Assembly: GCF_009834535.1 (NCBI RefSeq) | Contig: NC_045697.1 | Location: 31,312,001 to 31,376,000 of the forward strand | From: Camelus ferus | Lineage: Eukaryota | Length of the DNA: 64,000 bases | Direction: 5' to 3' | In this document: positions 13,759 to 27,894 of the stretch, in pieces | Layout of the letters: every line of letters begins with the position of its first letter | Position numbering within the stretch: the stretch's first letter is position 1 | The notes under the pieces: generated by a model | Database searches by the model: none | Told to the model about the DNA's origin: nothing | The model's input: the letters and a program-made list of their open reading frames with translations, nothing else | Position numbers and translations under genes: made by a program

Positions 13759-14289
13759 TTGTCTGTATGCATGTATTTAAATGGTGTTCTTTTCTTCCCT
13801 CTGCATTTTATGATAGTATAATTCACTTCCCTCAGCTTATAACCACAAAACCCTCAAGGGGAAAGCTTCCACAAATCAGCACCAATAGCTATAAACTTAT
13901 AATGGCAAAATGGTAGAATCACCAGAGTTCCAAACCAATGGAGTTTTTTAATGGCATCCATTAAGTGTTGACACTCAGATATTCATCTGTGTTCCTATAA
14001 CAGGCATCTCAGCTTGTAAAAATTGCTCTAGACATAAAAGTAAGACTTTTCTTTTAAGGTGGTATTGATATTATAAATTCTAAATAGTTCACTTAAAAAA
14101 ATCAATAGTAATTTCTGAAAATTAATTATATAAAATAAATTATCTTTGCTTATACATATTTGTTTTGCTGAGGGGAAACAATTAGGAGGTATTTTGTGTT
14201 CCCTTGTGAAGGATTTGAATCTATACAAATAATATTATCTGTAATTGCCTCTGTCTTTAAGTCTATTCACATTCCTTGTTCTTTTCTTT

Positions 14290-14650
14290 CACAGTGAGAT
14301 TGTGGTTCTGAGCATTTCCCCTGATATTTGGCTTCCATTTGTGCTGAGTGCTGGCTGAAGATTGGGGAGCTGGGACAATTCAGTTATGGGTATTTATTCT
14401 CCTGGTTCCTCTGAGCCAGCCTCAGTTAGAGGCTGACTGGCTCAGTCAGAGCCAGATTGCCTCTGGCTTTTCCTGGATTCTGGTAACACTGTTCCCCCAT
14501 CTACCCTCTTGGGTTTAGGCGTGGTAACAGCTCCTTGCTCTTGCTAGTCCCAGTGTACATTAGTGAATACTCCCTTCATCAAACCATCTTCATTCACTTA
14601 TACCCTTTGAATGTACAATGTATTTTCTGCCAAGCCCATGTTTGTTATAC
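14290..14650 (+). mobile_element. Old ERVL LTR fragment (LTR33-like)
   Basis: 'tggcttccatttgtgctgag..gggtatttattctcctggttcc..ccttcatcaaaccatcttc..tattttctgccaagccc'. Confidence 0.45.
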
Positions 14651-15594
14651 TGAGCAAATGAGTTTTGTCTTTATAACCACTAGAAGAACTCAACATGAGT
14701 ACAGGATAATTGTCATTTTGGCATTTAGACTTGCCTGTCTATTGGCAGCTGGATGTTTTTACTAATACATTAGAAATAAAATTTTCTCATTTTTGGTAAT
14801 TACTTGGTATAATTTAATCTTAAATTTACATGCAAATATAAGCATTGAAATAAAATGGCAATGCTTGGTTACAAGCTAGTGCCAGGATGGATCTCAGAGA
14901 GGTCTGAAGCTGGAGTCACCAAGGAGTTTCTGTCTGGAGAAACTGCAACATTCAGTCTTGTAGATGACTGTTAGAAGTGTTTTGTGGTTACTTTGCACTA
15001 GCTATGTATAGCTGGTGGCTAGGCAAGTGCATAGTCAGTTTCTGAAATAGGTGAGTGGCATTGCCAGCTTAGACAGCTTCTTTGTGTCAATTAAAAAAAA
15101 AAATGCAGTTTCTCCAGACAGTCATATCTATGTGGGCACAAAATTTGGGAACAGGAAAAGCACTTATATGAAGAAAAAATATCTTTTAGTTATGTCAGAC
15201 CCGGACCCATAAGAGATTCCAGGGCTTCACAGCTAACTTAGTAGGAAGGCACTCAGGGCACATAGGACAGAAGATATTTACCATACGAATCTAAGTATTT
15301 CAGTATTTTACCAACCAATATGACTACTTGTCCAAAGATGTCAGTTTGAGGAACATTGCTTTATGTGGCTATGACAACTCTCTTTTCCATGTTACTACAT
15401 ATTAACAGGTAGGGTCTTGTCTAAGCAAATCTGCAAAGAATTAAACGATTTTTATTGTAAGCAACTTTTTCCTTTCTGTAATCTTTTCCTTTATCACTAT
15501 ATATATTGCAGCAAAAACTTTTGTTTTGTAAAAATTGTTCCTGGAATCTTTACCAAAATCACCATAAACTTGTGTTGTTTTGCAGATTATAAAA

Positions 15595-15990
15595 CAAAAC
15601 ACAACATGGAAACAGAGAGTAGATAAGTGTTTCTCAGGGATTAGGGAGTGGGGAAACTAGGGAGAGACTGGTAAAGGGATACATACTTTTAGCTATAACA
15701 TGAGTAAGTTCAGAGGACCAAATGTAAAACATGGTGACTGCCTTTAATGACACTGTTGTGTAATTTAAATTTACTAAGATAGTAGAACTTAAATATTCTC
15801 ATCAAAAAAAAAAAAAAGAAAGAAAAAGAAAAGATAAATATATAAGGTGATGTATGTGTTAATTTACTAAGTTAATCTTTTCACAATGTATACGTATATG
15901 AAATCACCACAATATCCACTTCAAATTTCTTACTATTTTGTATGTCAGTTATACCTGAATGAAGCTGAAATTAAAACAAACCCAAAAAAG
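15595..15990 (+). mobile_element. L1MA-type 3' UTR fragment
   Basis: 'gaaacagagagtagataagtg..ggtaaagggatacatacttttagctataa..tttcacaatgtatacgtatatgaaatcacc..ttatacctgaatgaagctg'. Confidence 0.8.
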
Positions 15991-17104
15991 GAGACAAAGT
16001 AGTCTACTTTCTTGAAAAACACGTTTCTTAGAACTGATTTCTTAGTAAACTACAAGTAGAGAAATGGTGGCTTTAAATCTTACTCCTAGCCAGTCCTTGC
16101 TCTCTCTCCCTGTCCCGAAAACGTTCAGAGTTTGGGTTGCCTTTGGCGCTGGTAGCGGATGTTGACAGAAACCCCTCTTGCTCTTTTTGGACTTCTTTCT
16201 TAATCCACGTACACAATATGAGCTTTGTGTGACATTCAGATATACCTACATACCTTGAAATGTTCACTGAGAATTCTAGTAACCTCAGAAATCATTTTAG
16301 ACCTTGTCATCTCTTGAACTTAATTATTTTCCAAAAGATCGTTTGCACGTAGCAGAGGAAACTGAGTTTGACAAGCTGAAGGAAGCGAGGTTTAGTTCTT
16401 TGTCTTTTTGACATTTTGCAGTTTCGTTTTCACTTTGCATCATATACTTCACTCTTTTCTGGCATCTTCAAGTGTCACCTCCTCCCAAACACAGTTCATA
16501 CCCCGATCCCACGGCTGCCAGTTAGGAGACAGAGAAAGCAAAATTAGATAAAGAAAGATTTTTCACTGCTGGGTCCTTGTGTTTCATCTGAATTTTTATT
16601 AAAAAATAAAATGAATTATTTTAACTATTGCATCTATAATATAGCAAGTTATTATTTACTATTTCAATTAAATGGATTTTTATCAAAATGCTATAATATA
16701 TAAATTATATATATATATAGTAAGCATCTAATCTTAAAATTGCACAGCAGCTCTTTAATATTGATTTCTTACTCCATGTCCTTTAAACATTTCATGTATG
16801 AATCAAAAAAATAATAGCCATTATTCTATGACCTTCTGAAGTATATGAGCTCCCTCTGAAACCATGTTCATGGTAATGAATATAAAGTTTTCCAAATGAA
16901 ATAACATTAGTGTTTACATTATTTTTTCATTTTTTTGTTTTCTTACTTCTAAAACTCCATTTTCTTATAGACTATGATCTTTTAAAAACTCATTTTTATT
17001 AGCCATTTTCTAATATATCCGTCACATTTTGATTGACATATTTGTTTTTATTTATGAACTAACTCAGTCTTTTTCTTCTTCCCTGCTTTTTTTTCTTCTC
17101 TGCT

Positions 17105-17917
17105 TATTTTTTCCCCAACTTTATTTAGATAGAGTTGACATATAACATTGTGTAGACTTAAGATGTACACCATGTTGATTTGACACACTTATTGTGAAAT
17201 GATTACCACCCCATCCCATACATACCACTTCCTTTTTCATGGTGAGAACATTTAAGATCTACTCTCTTAACAACTTTCAAGCTTATGATACAGTATTACT
17301 CACAATGGTCACCAAGCTGTACATTAGATCCCCAGAACTTATTTGTTATATGACTGGAAGTTTGTATACTTTGACCAACACCCCCCCCCAATTCTCCTTG
17401 GTATTCTCCATGCTACTCTCTATTTCTATGAGATTGACAAATTTTTTTAAGGTTCCGCATATAAGGGGGATCACACAGCATTTGTTCTTCTCCGGCTTAT
17501 TTCACTTAGCATAACATCCTCAGCATTAATCCGTGTTGTTGCAAATGGCAGATTTCCTTCTCTCCAGGGACTGAATAATATTCCATTGTATATATACACC
17601 ACACCTTCTTTATTTATTCATCTATCGATGGACACTTAGGTTGTTTCTATATTTTGGCTATTATGAACAACGCTACAATGAGCATGGGGGTGCAAATTTC
17701 TTTTCAAGATTCTGTTTTCATTTCACTTGGTTATATATCCACCAGTGGGATAGCTGGGTCATATGGTAGTTCTACTTTTAATTTTTAAGGGACCTCCATA
17801 TTATTTTCTATGGTGGCATACCATTAACAGTACCCAATGGTTCCCTTGTCTTCACATCTTCACCGTCATTTGTTATCTCTTGTATTTTTTAATGATAGTC
17901 ATTCTAGTAAGTGTGAG
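17105..17917 (-). mobile_element. L1MA-type 3' fragment
   Basis: 'ggtgagaacatttaagatctactctctt..ggcttatttcacttagcataa..gatggacacttaggttgtttc..atagctgggtcatatggtagttct'. Confidence 0.88.
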
Positions 17918-17919
17918 AC

Positions 17920-18107
17920 TCCCTGTTTCTGATGATATAAATATTACCTTCCTTCTGGTATAGAAAAAGCATTTTCTATATGGGGATTTGATCTACTTTC
18001 ACAAAGAAAAAGGAATGGGCACCTGCTGTTTTCCAAGTAACTTTTGTTCAAAATAATCCTTGTGCCAATGTGGCATATTTCGGGGTGGCATATTCTGCTA
18101 TCTTTCA
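17920..18107 (-). mobile_element. MER34-like ERV1 LTR, 5' part only
   Basis: Reverse complement begins 'tgaaagatagcagaatatgccaccccgaaatatgccacattggcacaaggattattttg'. Confidence 0.65.
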
Positions 18108-20437
18108 AGCATTAAACCATCTCCCTTTGCCCTTAAGGGCTTTCTTCCGTGCAATGATAGGATCAGAAAAGAGTGGAAGAGGGTGGACCTAGGATATATC
18201 TAGTTTTTTTACCTGGTCAATGAAAGGAGCCATCAGCAGACAAAATAAGTGTCTGGAATGGAAGAAGTTCCCTAGTACACAGACCCAACTTAATTTCTTC
18301 GTATGTAACTCAAATTCTTTCTTTCTTTATATCATTCTTTGATGGATTCACAAAATTCTTTAAAAAATTCTTCCCAGACTCTCTTCCATGTTAGAACTAC
18401 CTGGACAGCATCTTTTTGCAAAATACTCTCTTGCTAGTTACTATTGATTTAATTAACATATGACTTTTTCCCACGATAACATCATTTGCATAAGGAGAGA
18501 GCTCTGTTGCCAAGGACTACTGATTCAGCAGGTTCATTCTTAATTCAGTCTTTGCTGAACCCTAAGCTCTACTTGGTCAAGCTTCAACTATGCCCTTAAC
18601 TTGCTACACTCCTGCAGCCTTTCCACCTCCTTTTCTGTGCTCTCTCTGCCTTTCCCCAGTGTGTCAGTGACCTCTGTGCACTTGCTTCTGAATTCAGTGA
18701 ATTTAACTCATAATTTCTCATGACTCCTGCTGAGAACTTTCTCTCTCAATATGAGAGAATCCCTTTATTAGCAATGCCACCCAATACACTAACTAGCATG
18801 AAGTGATGATCTCAATGGCTGTCATGCAGTAAGCATGCAATAAATGATAACTCCTAAGGCAGGATAATGTTTATGAGAAGATCATCTTTCTCTCCCTTAT
18901 GGTTTATTGATCCCTCTCCATTTAACAAAATGTCATTTACTTAAGGGCTGACAGAAGAAGTCATCAATTCTCTTGGCTTTTGGTTTCCCTTCCTTCCAGA
19001 GGAAGGAAGGATTTGGGGTAGATGCAATATATCTTGACCCACAACTTGAAGTGAGAGGGATTCCCTCTGAATCTAGAAATAAATTACTGTGAAGGAAGGA
19101 TGGGAGCAGAGAGCTGTACATCTAAGAGCAGAAGGTCCCCGAGAGCTGCCAGATTGAGACTTGACTTCTGTGCAGAGTGGTAGATATCTCAAAGGCGAGC
19201 TCAGGAATTGATTAGTGAGGTCTAGATCTTTCCCTTTGTCTCTCTCCATTCTTTGCTAGGGTCATTAGATTCTTGATCCTGGGGAGTTGGGTTGGAAGAG
19301 AGATCTAAAAAAGACTAAGATTGTTTTCTTCCAACTGAGTGTTATGGGGCTCAAAACCGGAATTACTTTATGTCAGAGAAAAAAATATTTCTAACACAAC
19401 TGAGGTTGCGGACTATAACGTAAATGTTACATTATTATTTTGATTATCACTTCATTTTCCTTATTTTTGTTCATGTTCTTCTTACTTTGTGAGTAGAAGG
19501 GCTTATAGAAAACAAATATCCCAACAGCCACAATTCCAGTGCTATAAGGATAGAAACACATTACAAAAATCAACTTGGATACGCATTTTGCAACACATAA
19601 CTCATAACCAGTGGTAGAAAGTTCATCTTTCACTTATGTATTCCCATCACACACGCACAGAATAACACATTCAGCTTATCTCACTGCCCACCTGAAGCCA
19701 CTGTCCCCTTATCAGCACATATAATTATATTTTCATGGGCTTACTTCACATTTAAATTTTTTTGCCTCTCTCTTGCCCCAGTTCACTCGCTCGTGATTTG
19801 TGTAAATTCTCTCCCCCCACCACACCCCTCAGCCTTGAGCGGTTGTGTGCACTTCCTTGTCCCTGCTTCTCACTTTTGGGAGTGTCCACAGAGAGGTTTT
19901 ACATATTTATTTCCAGGCTCACACTCTTCTTTTTCTTTAGGCTTCTTCTTTATTTTACTTCCTTTCTGACTGTTCTACTACCAATTTTTTTTTTCTCTGT
20001 AGATCATTCTTATGATACTTTTTTTTTAAAATAAATGAATCTTATAATTTTAACTGTATTTAAATCAGCTTTCATATGAGATAAATTAAGAATTGCAACT
20101 GTATTATTACTAGAGATGTTTCTTTCACAGTATTTAAAAAGATGGGCTGCAACAATTATTACCATAAATGCCACTTCAAAAATATTTCTTTATTCACTTA
20201 ACAAAAGTGTCCTGAGTCCCTGCTGTGCAGCAGGCTCTGTGTCAGCCCGTGTAGTTGGAAAGATGTTGTCCTTATCTACAAAATCTTTGGGGAAGGCAGG
20301 TATGCAAAAGTGGCAAGACCCTTGCTATAATGTAGATTTGTATAATCTTTAGAGAAAACCTAGGGGAACACTTCAAAGAAGGACTGAAAAATTCTTAATT
20401 TGAAGATCAAGTATATCAAGCCCCACAAGAGGAGCTG

Positions 20438-21018
20438 TGTCTAAGAAGGGGTGCGGGGAGGACACTTCAGATAGAGGGGACACCACAAAGGGGGAAGAGA
20501 AAAAGCCTTTGTTCTTGTCTTGCTGGGAAGAAAAGAATTCAGACAGGAGATGAAAGTGTTGTGAAGATTTAAAGATTTTACTAGCAAAGCAAAAGTACAC
20601 CTCCAAGAGTGAGAGGCAGGCTGATCAAAGAGTGAATAGCAATGGTCTTTGTCCCTTCTCTTATACCTTTGCTGAGAGGTGGTCTCTTGATTGATTGATG
20701 GCTCTGAATCCTGGAGTGCTTAGTATGCTTGTCCCCTTTTGCACAAGCCTCTACCCAGAGGCACTCAGAAAAATCCATGGGGCTGTTGTTAAACTGCAAT
20801 GCTAATTATATTTCAATGAGCATTGGGTCATGTCTGGTTTGGGTCCTCATTGGTACCACGCAGTTGTAGCCATCAGGTTCTGACTGGTCTCTTGCTGGCT
20901 CATTTAGAGGAAGTAAAGTCCCTTTATGTTGAAGACGGGCATACCATCATGTTTTGGACCCTTCTACCTCTCCTCCACCTTATCTGCCCTGTGCCCCCAC
21001 TTATCTAACTACCTGAAA
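20438..21018 (-). mobile_element. ERV1-like solo LTR
   Basis: Shares the antisense U5/R layout ('aaagaattcag..gatttta') with the LTR at 36985; reverse complement starts near 'aggtagttagataag'. Confidence 0.65.
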
Positions 21019-21519
21019 AAGCCACAGAGAAGGAAAACATGGAGGTCACCATTGTTACTACAACATGAAGTGCTTGTTGTATATGGTTTGGAGAGGCAGA
21101 CAAAGATGACAGGACTGAAGATAGATATGACTCAGGAGAGTGAAGGATCTCCTGCACTAAACAGAAGTCTTTCTATTCTATTGCATAAGGTTATGCTTCT
21201 CTAAGTTGAGTACACATGCCCTAAATTATGCTTGGTTAAGTACAAAAGCTGTAGGATCAATGTGGTGACCCCTCCAGGAAGTTGTGCTGTACATTTTTAG
21301 TTTATTTTAAAGTGGTGTGTAGGAGATTATTTTTATGGACCGGAGGTCATATGACTATTTGCAGTGGAAGACAAAATCAACATGATATTTAAAATAAAAC
21401 AATAGACTTCAAAACTATTTCTCTTGTTGTGAACCACTTTAAATATTCTTCAGTCCCCACATTTCAGTCCCCAAATTCTCAAGGAGAACATTAGAAAATT
21501 ACTACTTAGGGATGTAGGA

Positions 21520-22032
21520 CCACTGAAGAAGTTTGAACAGTGTCATGGCATCATCAGATACCCAAGTGTACAAGGTTGGCACGATGGGGAGAGATGGATC
21601 GGCAGATGGCATAGAACAGAGGAAGGGAGTCTACTGGGGAGGCTGGGACAACAGGCAAATGAGAGACAATGATGGTATTTCACAACCCTTACCTCTCCCT
21701 CATGCCCCTTGTTTGGGAAAGTTGATAAGAAAGTCTGGTACTTTCTTTTTTTTGTCTCTGGTGGCTGATTCAAACCACGCAAGCCCCTGACCACACACTG
21801 GGATCCTCATCCTGGTTATAGATCTTAACCACAGTAGAAAACCCCAAGTCAGTCTCCTTTCCTTTCCCTCTCAAGCCATTTTCTTGAAAAGCCTGTCCTT
21901 AAATCCCCCAAAAGCCTTATTATGTAACTAATAAAACTTTTCATACCCTTTTGGTATGTATGTGGTGTCACCAGTTTTGACATCTGAACCAAGCAGTAGG
22001 GGTCCGCCCTGCTTGTGCAGGGTGATCACAAC
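21520..22032 (+). mobile_element. ERVL-class solo LTR (MER54/MER74-like)
   Basis: 'aaaaccccaagtcagtctcctttcc..ctctcaagccattttc..aataaaacttttcataccc..gacatctgaacc..cacaaca'; the 5' edge is approximate. Confidence 0.65.
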
Positions 22033-22599
22033 ACACAAGGTAAACACGTGGAATAGGAGAAGGGAAAGATGTTGAGTACCTGGATGAGGGAATAAAGAGC
22101 AGGATGGAACCTCTCCATGTGGTAGATGAAAGGCCAGGTCTCACATATGAAATCAGATTTTCTAAACATTTTCTAATAAATGGGTTTTCAAAAACAAACA
22201 AAAAAATAGAATGAGAAGAGAGGTAAAATGAAAAAGCAAGTAAGAAGAGCTTTTTGCATCTGAATCTCTTTGAGTTTTATTAAATATTTTCAGGAGATAA
22301 TTTTAAGAGCTGAACATAAATATGTCAACTAACGCAAGCTTATATGATAAAAGAAAAATCATTTTTGATGTAAAGTTTTAAAACTGAAAATACTTGAATG
22401 TCAGTATATACATTCACATATATGCCTTTAATCTGATTATCACGGTGGGTCTGGATGTCCAAGACTGGGAAAAATGCGAGTAAGGAGTGAGGGGCTAAGA
22501 GAGACAATTGTGCTTTTCTATCTCTCTATCCTAAGTTTGATATTCTTCTGATTTACTTGGTAGTTTGCTGCCTGCTTATTTTTTCTTCTAAAATACTAT

Positions 22600-22960
22600 T
22601 TTTTAAAATTACAACTTTGCTTAAAAACCTTCAGTAGCTCCCTTCTGTCTCTTCAATTGTATAAAACAAAGCAACCACTGACCCTTACCCAAAGCCATCA
22701 ATTGCTTCAATAATTCAGTTCTAGACTTCCATTCTGTCTATTACAGTTTCATCCCAATGTGACCTTTTCCTCCAGCCCATAAGGTCTACCCATCTTCTCA
22801 AAATAGACTGTTTATTATTAATACACCCTTGTAGTTTTACTCATACCATTTGTCCACTTGAAAAAACCTGTAACCCTTCTTTCTTCATTCTTAATATCCC
22901 ACTCTTTTCTTCAAACTGACTAAGCCCTCCATCCTCTGGGGCACTGGCCTGAACATCCAC
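22600..22960 (+). mobile_element. L2 fragment
   Basis: 'tgcttaaaaaccttcagtagctccc..tactcataccatttgtccacttgaaa'. Confidence 0.45.
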
Positions 22961-24899
22961 CAAATGGTGACCTCTAACTTCTCCAAGCCATGTGTTGTCC
23001 TTATGTTCTCATTTTGTTTTGCTCAGTATTTTCTAAAACAGACTTAGAATTTGAGGATGTACATGCCAACTTCTGCCGTGAATGAATTTTCAGTGTGGGG
23101 AGGAAATGAGAATTTCAGTCGATTTTTGGGCTACTATTTGCTCTTCCTCACTTGATCACTAACTACATCTCATAAAGTGGTGAAGTCTTACGGGTTTTTG
23201 ATCACATATAAATGCCCAGGACAATGTGTTTGAAAGGGATGACTCAGTCTTTTATTTGAGCAACACGTAGTTTTGCTCTTCCCTTTTACTCACTCCTCTA
23301 ATGATGAAGAAGACGCTACGTTGCCTCTGTAGCACCTTCTCTAATTCACGTGCTCCAATATTGACATTATCAGCGCTAGGAGTGATACCTTCACCTTCAG
23401 ATGCTTGACTCATCCCTACCCCTTAGTTAGTTCTGGACTCGATTTGAAGGAAAGGGTAATAGTTATTAGAACTGCTTACACCCCAATGCTCTTTATATGT
23501 GAAGTTCCCCGAGAGATATTTGACCGACTCACTTTCCAAAATAATGATTTCCAAAATAATCTATGGCTGACCAAAACAAGTTTGATTTAGACCATTGAGG
23601 ACATAGCTGCTGTTCATTCTTATCCTGAGTGGCTAAAATAAAGAAAATGATTTCATTAAACTTTAAGTAGGTACAGTTTAAGTTCTTAAGATAGCCCAAT
23701 TGCAATGCATAGTATATTCTTTAGGAAAATACTAGGAAATTCTTTTTCATGAATTCCATTTATAATTTTGAAGGGGAGGGGGTGACAGGGCAGTATTTCT
23801 CAGGCCTGTAGCTCAGCATATTCTCTAAATTCATCCTATTGCTTGTAGTTTTCATCTCCTCTGTGAACGCGAGTTACTTTTATGAAGAAGGTTGTCTACC
23901 CAGAGGCTGTAAAACTACCCGTTTTATTTCCCTTTTTATGTATATAGTACACTTGGAGCACATTATATAAAGTGAAAAGAGAAGACCCGAGAGTTACTAA
24001 TGGAACTGATAGCTGTGACATTTTTTATTAGGACGATATTCTGTTCTATTCGAAAGGATTGCTTTCTACTATTACAAAATACTATGTTTGTTACATAAAA
24101 TCTATTATACTATTTAAATAAAAATCTCTTCAGTCAGCTGTGAAATGCGGATAACTAAGTTGTTAAACACAATGATTCAGAGTTATTAGATTAAAGAGTG
24201 AAAATGACATACTTGCTTGAAATTGTATGGACAATTTAGGCTGAGAATACAATTTCCTGGCATGAAATTTAACCAAGTCTCTTTCAAGTGGAACCAGAGG
24301 CTCTTGAATGACAATTGTCTGTGTTGCTGCTACACTTGAAAATTCAATGAATATGTATTGAACACCTACTGAGTTCATTTTTTTTCTTATTTGCAAACTT
24401 ATTTTCAATATAAAATCACCATAACCATATTTCAGAAACTTTGTTAAACAGAGGTAGAAAAGAATCACTTATAATTACTCTAACAGAGCTACTTTCTGGT
24501 TTGGAGTATGACTTATTCTCCTTGAACAAGTTATTTAACCCTCAAAGATACTATTTATACTCTGAAACAGGCAAAAATAATATTAATTCCCACCTTGCTA
24601 AGCTGAAGTAAAAATTGGAAATTATATATAAAAATGTTACAGTTAGTTGAGTTCATGAAATTCTCTTAAGAACAAAACAAGGCATAAGTTCACAAACTAA
24701 CTAGGAAAATATGTAGAGAATTATTTGCTTTGATATATTTCTTGCCAAGATTTTCCTAACAGATGTGGTTCCGTCCAGTTTTTGAGTGTCTGTACTATAC
24801 ACACACACAGGCACAAACAGACACACAGACACACACACATGACAGATTTTCCCCCTAAATCTTTTAGTAAGAAGTCTCTTCTGGAAGATTCTGGAATGA

Positions 24900-26758
24900 T
24901 ATCTGTTTAAGATGGCTGCACAATGGTCATTTTGGATTTTCCTTCACTGCCAATCTGTGGTTTCCCTTCATTTGTCTCTTCTGTTGGAACTTGTAATCAC
25001 TGAATCCTGTGAGTTCATCTTTCTTGGTTTAATTTTTGTTTTGTGGAACATGTCCGACAGTCACTTCATGAGGTTCTTGTTCAGGTTCCCTGGATGCTGA
25101 CTGATGCTCCAAAAGAAAAGCAAACACAAAACCAGAATCAGTGTTGATTCCAGTCAAGATGAAGAGCTGCCCCTTTCACTGTGGACAGTTCTAAAAATCA
25201 ACTTGCTACCAAGTATGTGGTTGAAGAGATGTTGTCATACGGTGACTCAGAATTGGTCCTTGTTTCTGCAGTAGCTAGATCAGCACTGGTAGGTGGGACA
25301 TCATGTTTTAGGCCCATGAATAATCTTCAGTGCTGCCACCATGACTACTTTGGTCAAGAATCCATTGTTACAGGATAGGAACGTCCAAAGACAGAGGCTG
25401 GCTTATGTCAACTGACTACGGCATACTGTCTACTTGGTTGTTTATTGCCTCTCCCACAGTGCGTTCTCTCTGATGGGCACTGGCCTGTGATGCAAAGATC
25501 TTTATGCTTCATGACCACTCAGATAAGTCCATTTACATGCTTCACCTAGAACTCCTTGCTTCTTATCCACCAATCTTTGTCTTTCTATGCCTCTGAATAA
25601 GAAATCAAGTCATTTCTAACATAAATTTATTCATATTTTACCTTGGACAATGTCTCTCTCAAAACGTCATGGAATAGAGCAGGTGCAGAGCCAAAAGCTT
25701 TTCCCACTGGGATGATTTCTCACATTGCAGTTTTCAGGGCCATCCTGACAGAGACTATTCTGTATCAGCAATATATATTTCAGCTTGCATACATGTAATG
25801 GACCGACCCATTTATACGCTGAATTGGCCTTTCTCCTCCTATATCAGGTTTTCATAAGGGAGAGAGTACCCCCATATCAGTAATTTTTCCATATCCAACT
25901 TTGTACTTAACCCACCTTGATTCAGCTCTTCAGATTCCACAACTATACATATTATTGTGGGTCTTACTAATATACATTTGTTGTATCCTGTGACTCCTTT
26001 AGACTAATATTTTTTTCCCTTTTCAGTGGGTCAGCATATCTCTGGATTATATTGTGAGTTGGTCCTAATTTTTGGTCTGGTAACTAGGAGGATGAGTGCA
26101 GGTAGATCCTGAGGAGTGTGTGTTGTCCTAAAAGGCAGAGAGAGACCTCTGCATCATCTTTTAAAAAATGGGAGAGTGCTGGCCTGTAACAGGGAGGAGT
26201 GTGCTGCTTGTAAAGCCTTAGAGGTTTTGGGAAGCTCAGGTCTCTGATTCTTTACTGTTCCATCCAGGTGTCTCCACCAAAGTTTTGGGGTCCCACTCTA
26301 CTCCTTCCTAATCTCAGCCCTGTTTTTTTGCATAGCATAGTTACTAGAGTTGCCAAACTGACCTTTTCTGGAACTCAGCTTTGCTTATCATTAAGCCCTA
26401 GATATGACACTTAGATTTCTTGGCTTCTGGCATCAGCAGATGTAAATCTCATTTCTTTCTCCAAAGCATCAACAGCACAAGCAACTGCCATCCTATTCCA
26501 TTGTCCTTATGATAGCAACCTCTCCAGAATTTATCAAGTGTCTGAGATAGTGCACCTGCTGGTGCATTTTCTTTAATTGATTTCCCATCCCACTTCACAA
26601 TCAATGTACATTTTTAAAATGTCACTGCTATAATATGTGAGTTGCTCTCACCACTTCATTACCACCCTTGATGACCTTCTTATTGCCAGCCAGCTGGTGA
26701 TGATCTAGCTCCAAATCCTCATTTTCAGACTCTGCTTCCTCAATCACTTCTGGTAAGA
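24900..26758 (-). mobile_element. ERVL internal region with a decayed pol (RNase H to integrase N-terminus)
   Basis: Antisense translation gives EKSSQWEKL (~25695-25722), MDLSEWS*SIKIFASQASAHQRERTVGEAINNQVD (~25428-25530) and QWILDQSSHGGSTEDYSWA*..HDVPPTSADLATA (~25266-25370). These resemble the ERVL Pol motifs GKSSQWAEL, MDLSEW..KIFVSHVNAHQR..NNQVD and QWAHEQSGHGG..ADLATA. Stops and frameshifts are present. Confidence 0.85.
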
Positions 26759-26759
26759 A

Positions 26760-27187
26760 TTGTTTGAGTTGGGTTCCTCAGGAAATAGTCTCAAGAAGGA
26801 AATTGGTATGCAAGAAATGTATTCAGGAGTGCTCTCAGGAACACTTGTGAAGAAGTGAGAGCAGAACGAAAAGTTGAACTACAAGACCGAACAGAAGTCT
26901 CAGCTTATCCAGGAGGGAATTCTGGAGCTGGGATGGCTCTTCAGCGTTATTGCAGACTGAGGATGGATGCTTAGTATTTCTACCCTCCCCCACTGACCAG
27001 TCACTGGATGCAGGCTGTCCTGGGAAAACAGATATAACTTTAGGTATGATCTCATTCTTCAGTCAAGGGCAATTCCCAAAGAAGGACTTAGCTGTGACTA
27101 TTTAGCAGGCAGTATTCACAGCAGTTGGCAAGTCTGTGTCTCCATCTGTGTGGAGGATGTCAGTGGTGTACCACACCATCCACTACC
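26760..27187 (-). mobile_element. 5' LTR of the ERVL remnant (LTR33-like)
   Basis: Reverse complement starts 'gtagtggatgg' and is followed by 'attcttaccagaagtg', like the ERVL LTR/internal junction. Confidence 0.65.
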
Positions 27188-27347
27188 TTGGTGGTGTGCA
27201 GGGTAAAATTAGAGAACTTCAAAGTCTGAAAATGCTTTTATTCTGTGTTCATGCATAATTATTAGTTTGGGCACAGAATGGTAGCTTGGAGAAATTTATT
27301 TCCTTTCAATTTTTAACCATCGTTTGATTGTATTCTAACTCCCATTG

Positions 27348-27888
27348 TGTGGCAGGCGGCCTCTAAAATGGCACCAAGTGGTCTCCATCTCCTGGTATTC
27401 ACATCCTCTTGTAGTCCTCTCCTGTTGAGTGTAGGTAGTTCTCTTGAGTGTAGATTCACTTCTAATGAATAGAATGTGGCAGAAGTTGTGAGATGTCATT
27501 GACACTGGATAAAAAGACTGGTTTCTGCTTAGAGCATTCATTCTCTCCCTCTCTCACTGTTTTGCTCTCTTGCAGAGAGAATCAAGCTTCCATGTTTTGA
27601 ACGGCTCTATGGTGAGGCCCACTTGACAAGGGACTAGTGTCTATAGTCAGCAGCTAGCAAGGACCTGAAGCTAGTCAACAACCTCATGAGTGAATGTGGA
27701 AGCAGATCCTCCTCTAATTGATCCTTGAGATGACCATAGTCCCAGACACACCCTAACTGAGCTAGGAGTACCCAGCTAAGTCACTCCCAGACTCCTGACT
27801 CATAGAAATTGTGAGATAATAAATGTTTGTTGTTTTAAGCTGCTAACTTTGAGGATAATTTGTTATGCAGCAATAGCTAGTTAATACA
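27348..27888 (+). mobile_element. MaLR solo LTR (MLT1E/F-like)
   Basis: 'tgtggcaggcggcctctaaaatggc..cctggtattcac..aataaatgtttgttgttttaagctgctaactttgaggataatttgttatgcagcaatagctagttaataca'. Confidence 0.85.
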
Positions 27889-27894
27889 CAGTGT

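Noticed and set aside
18900..19400. Possible very old LTR; similar impression at ~1130-2290
   Set aside because: Too diverged to assign termini or family by eye.
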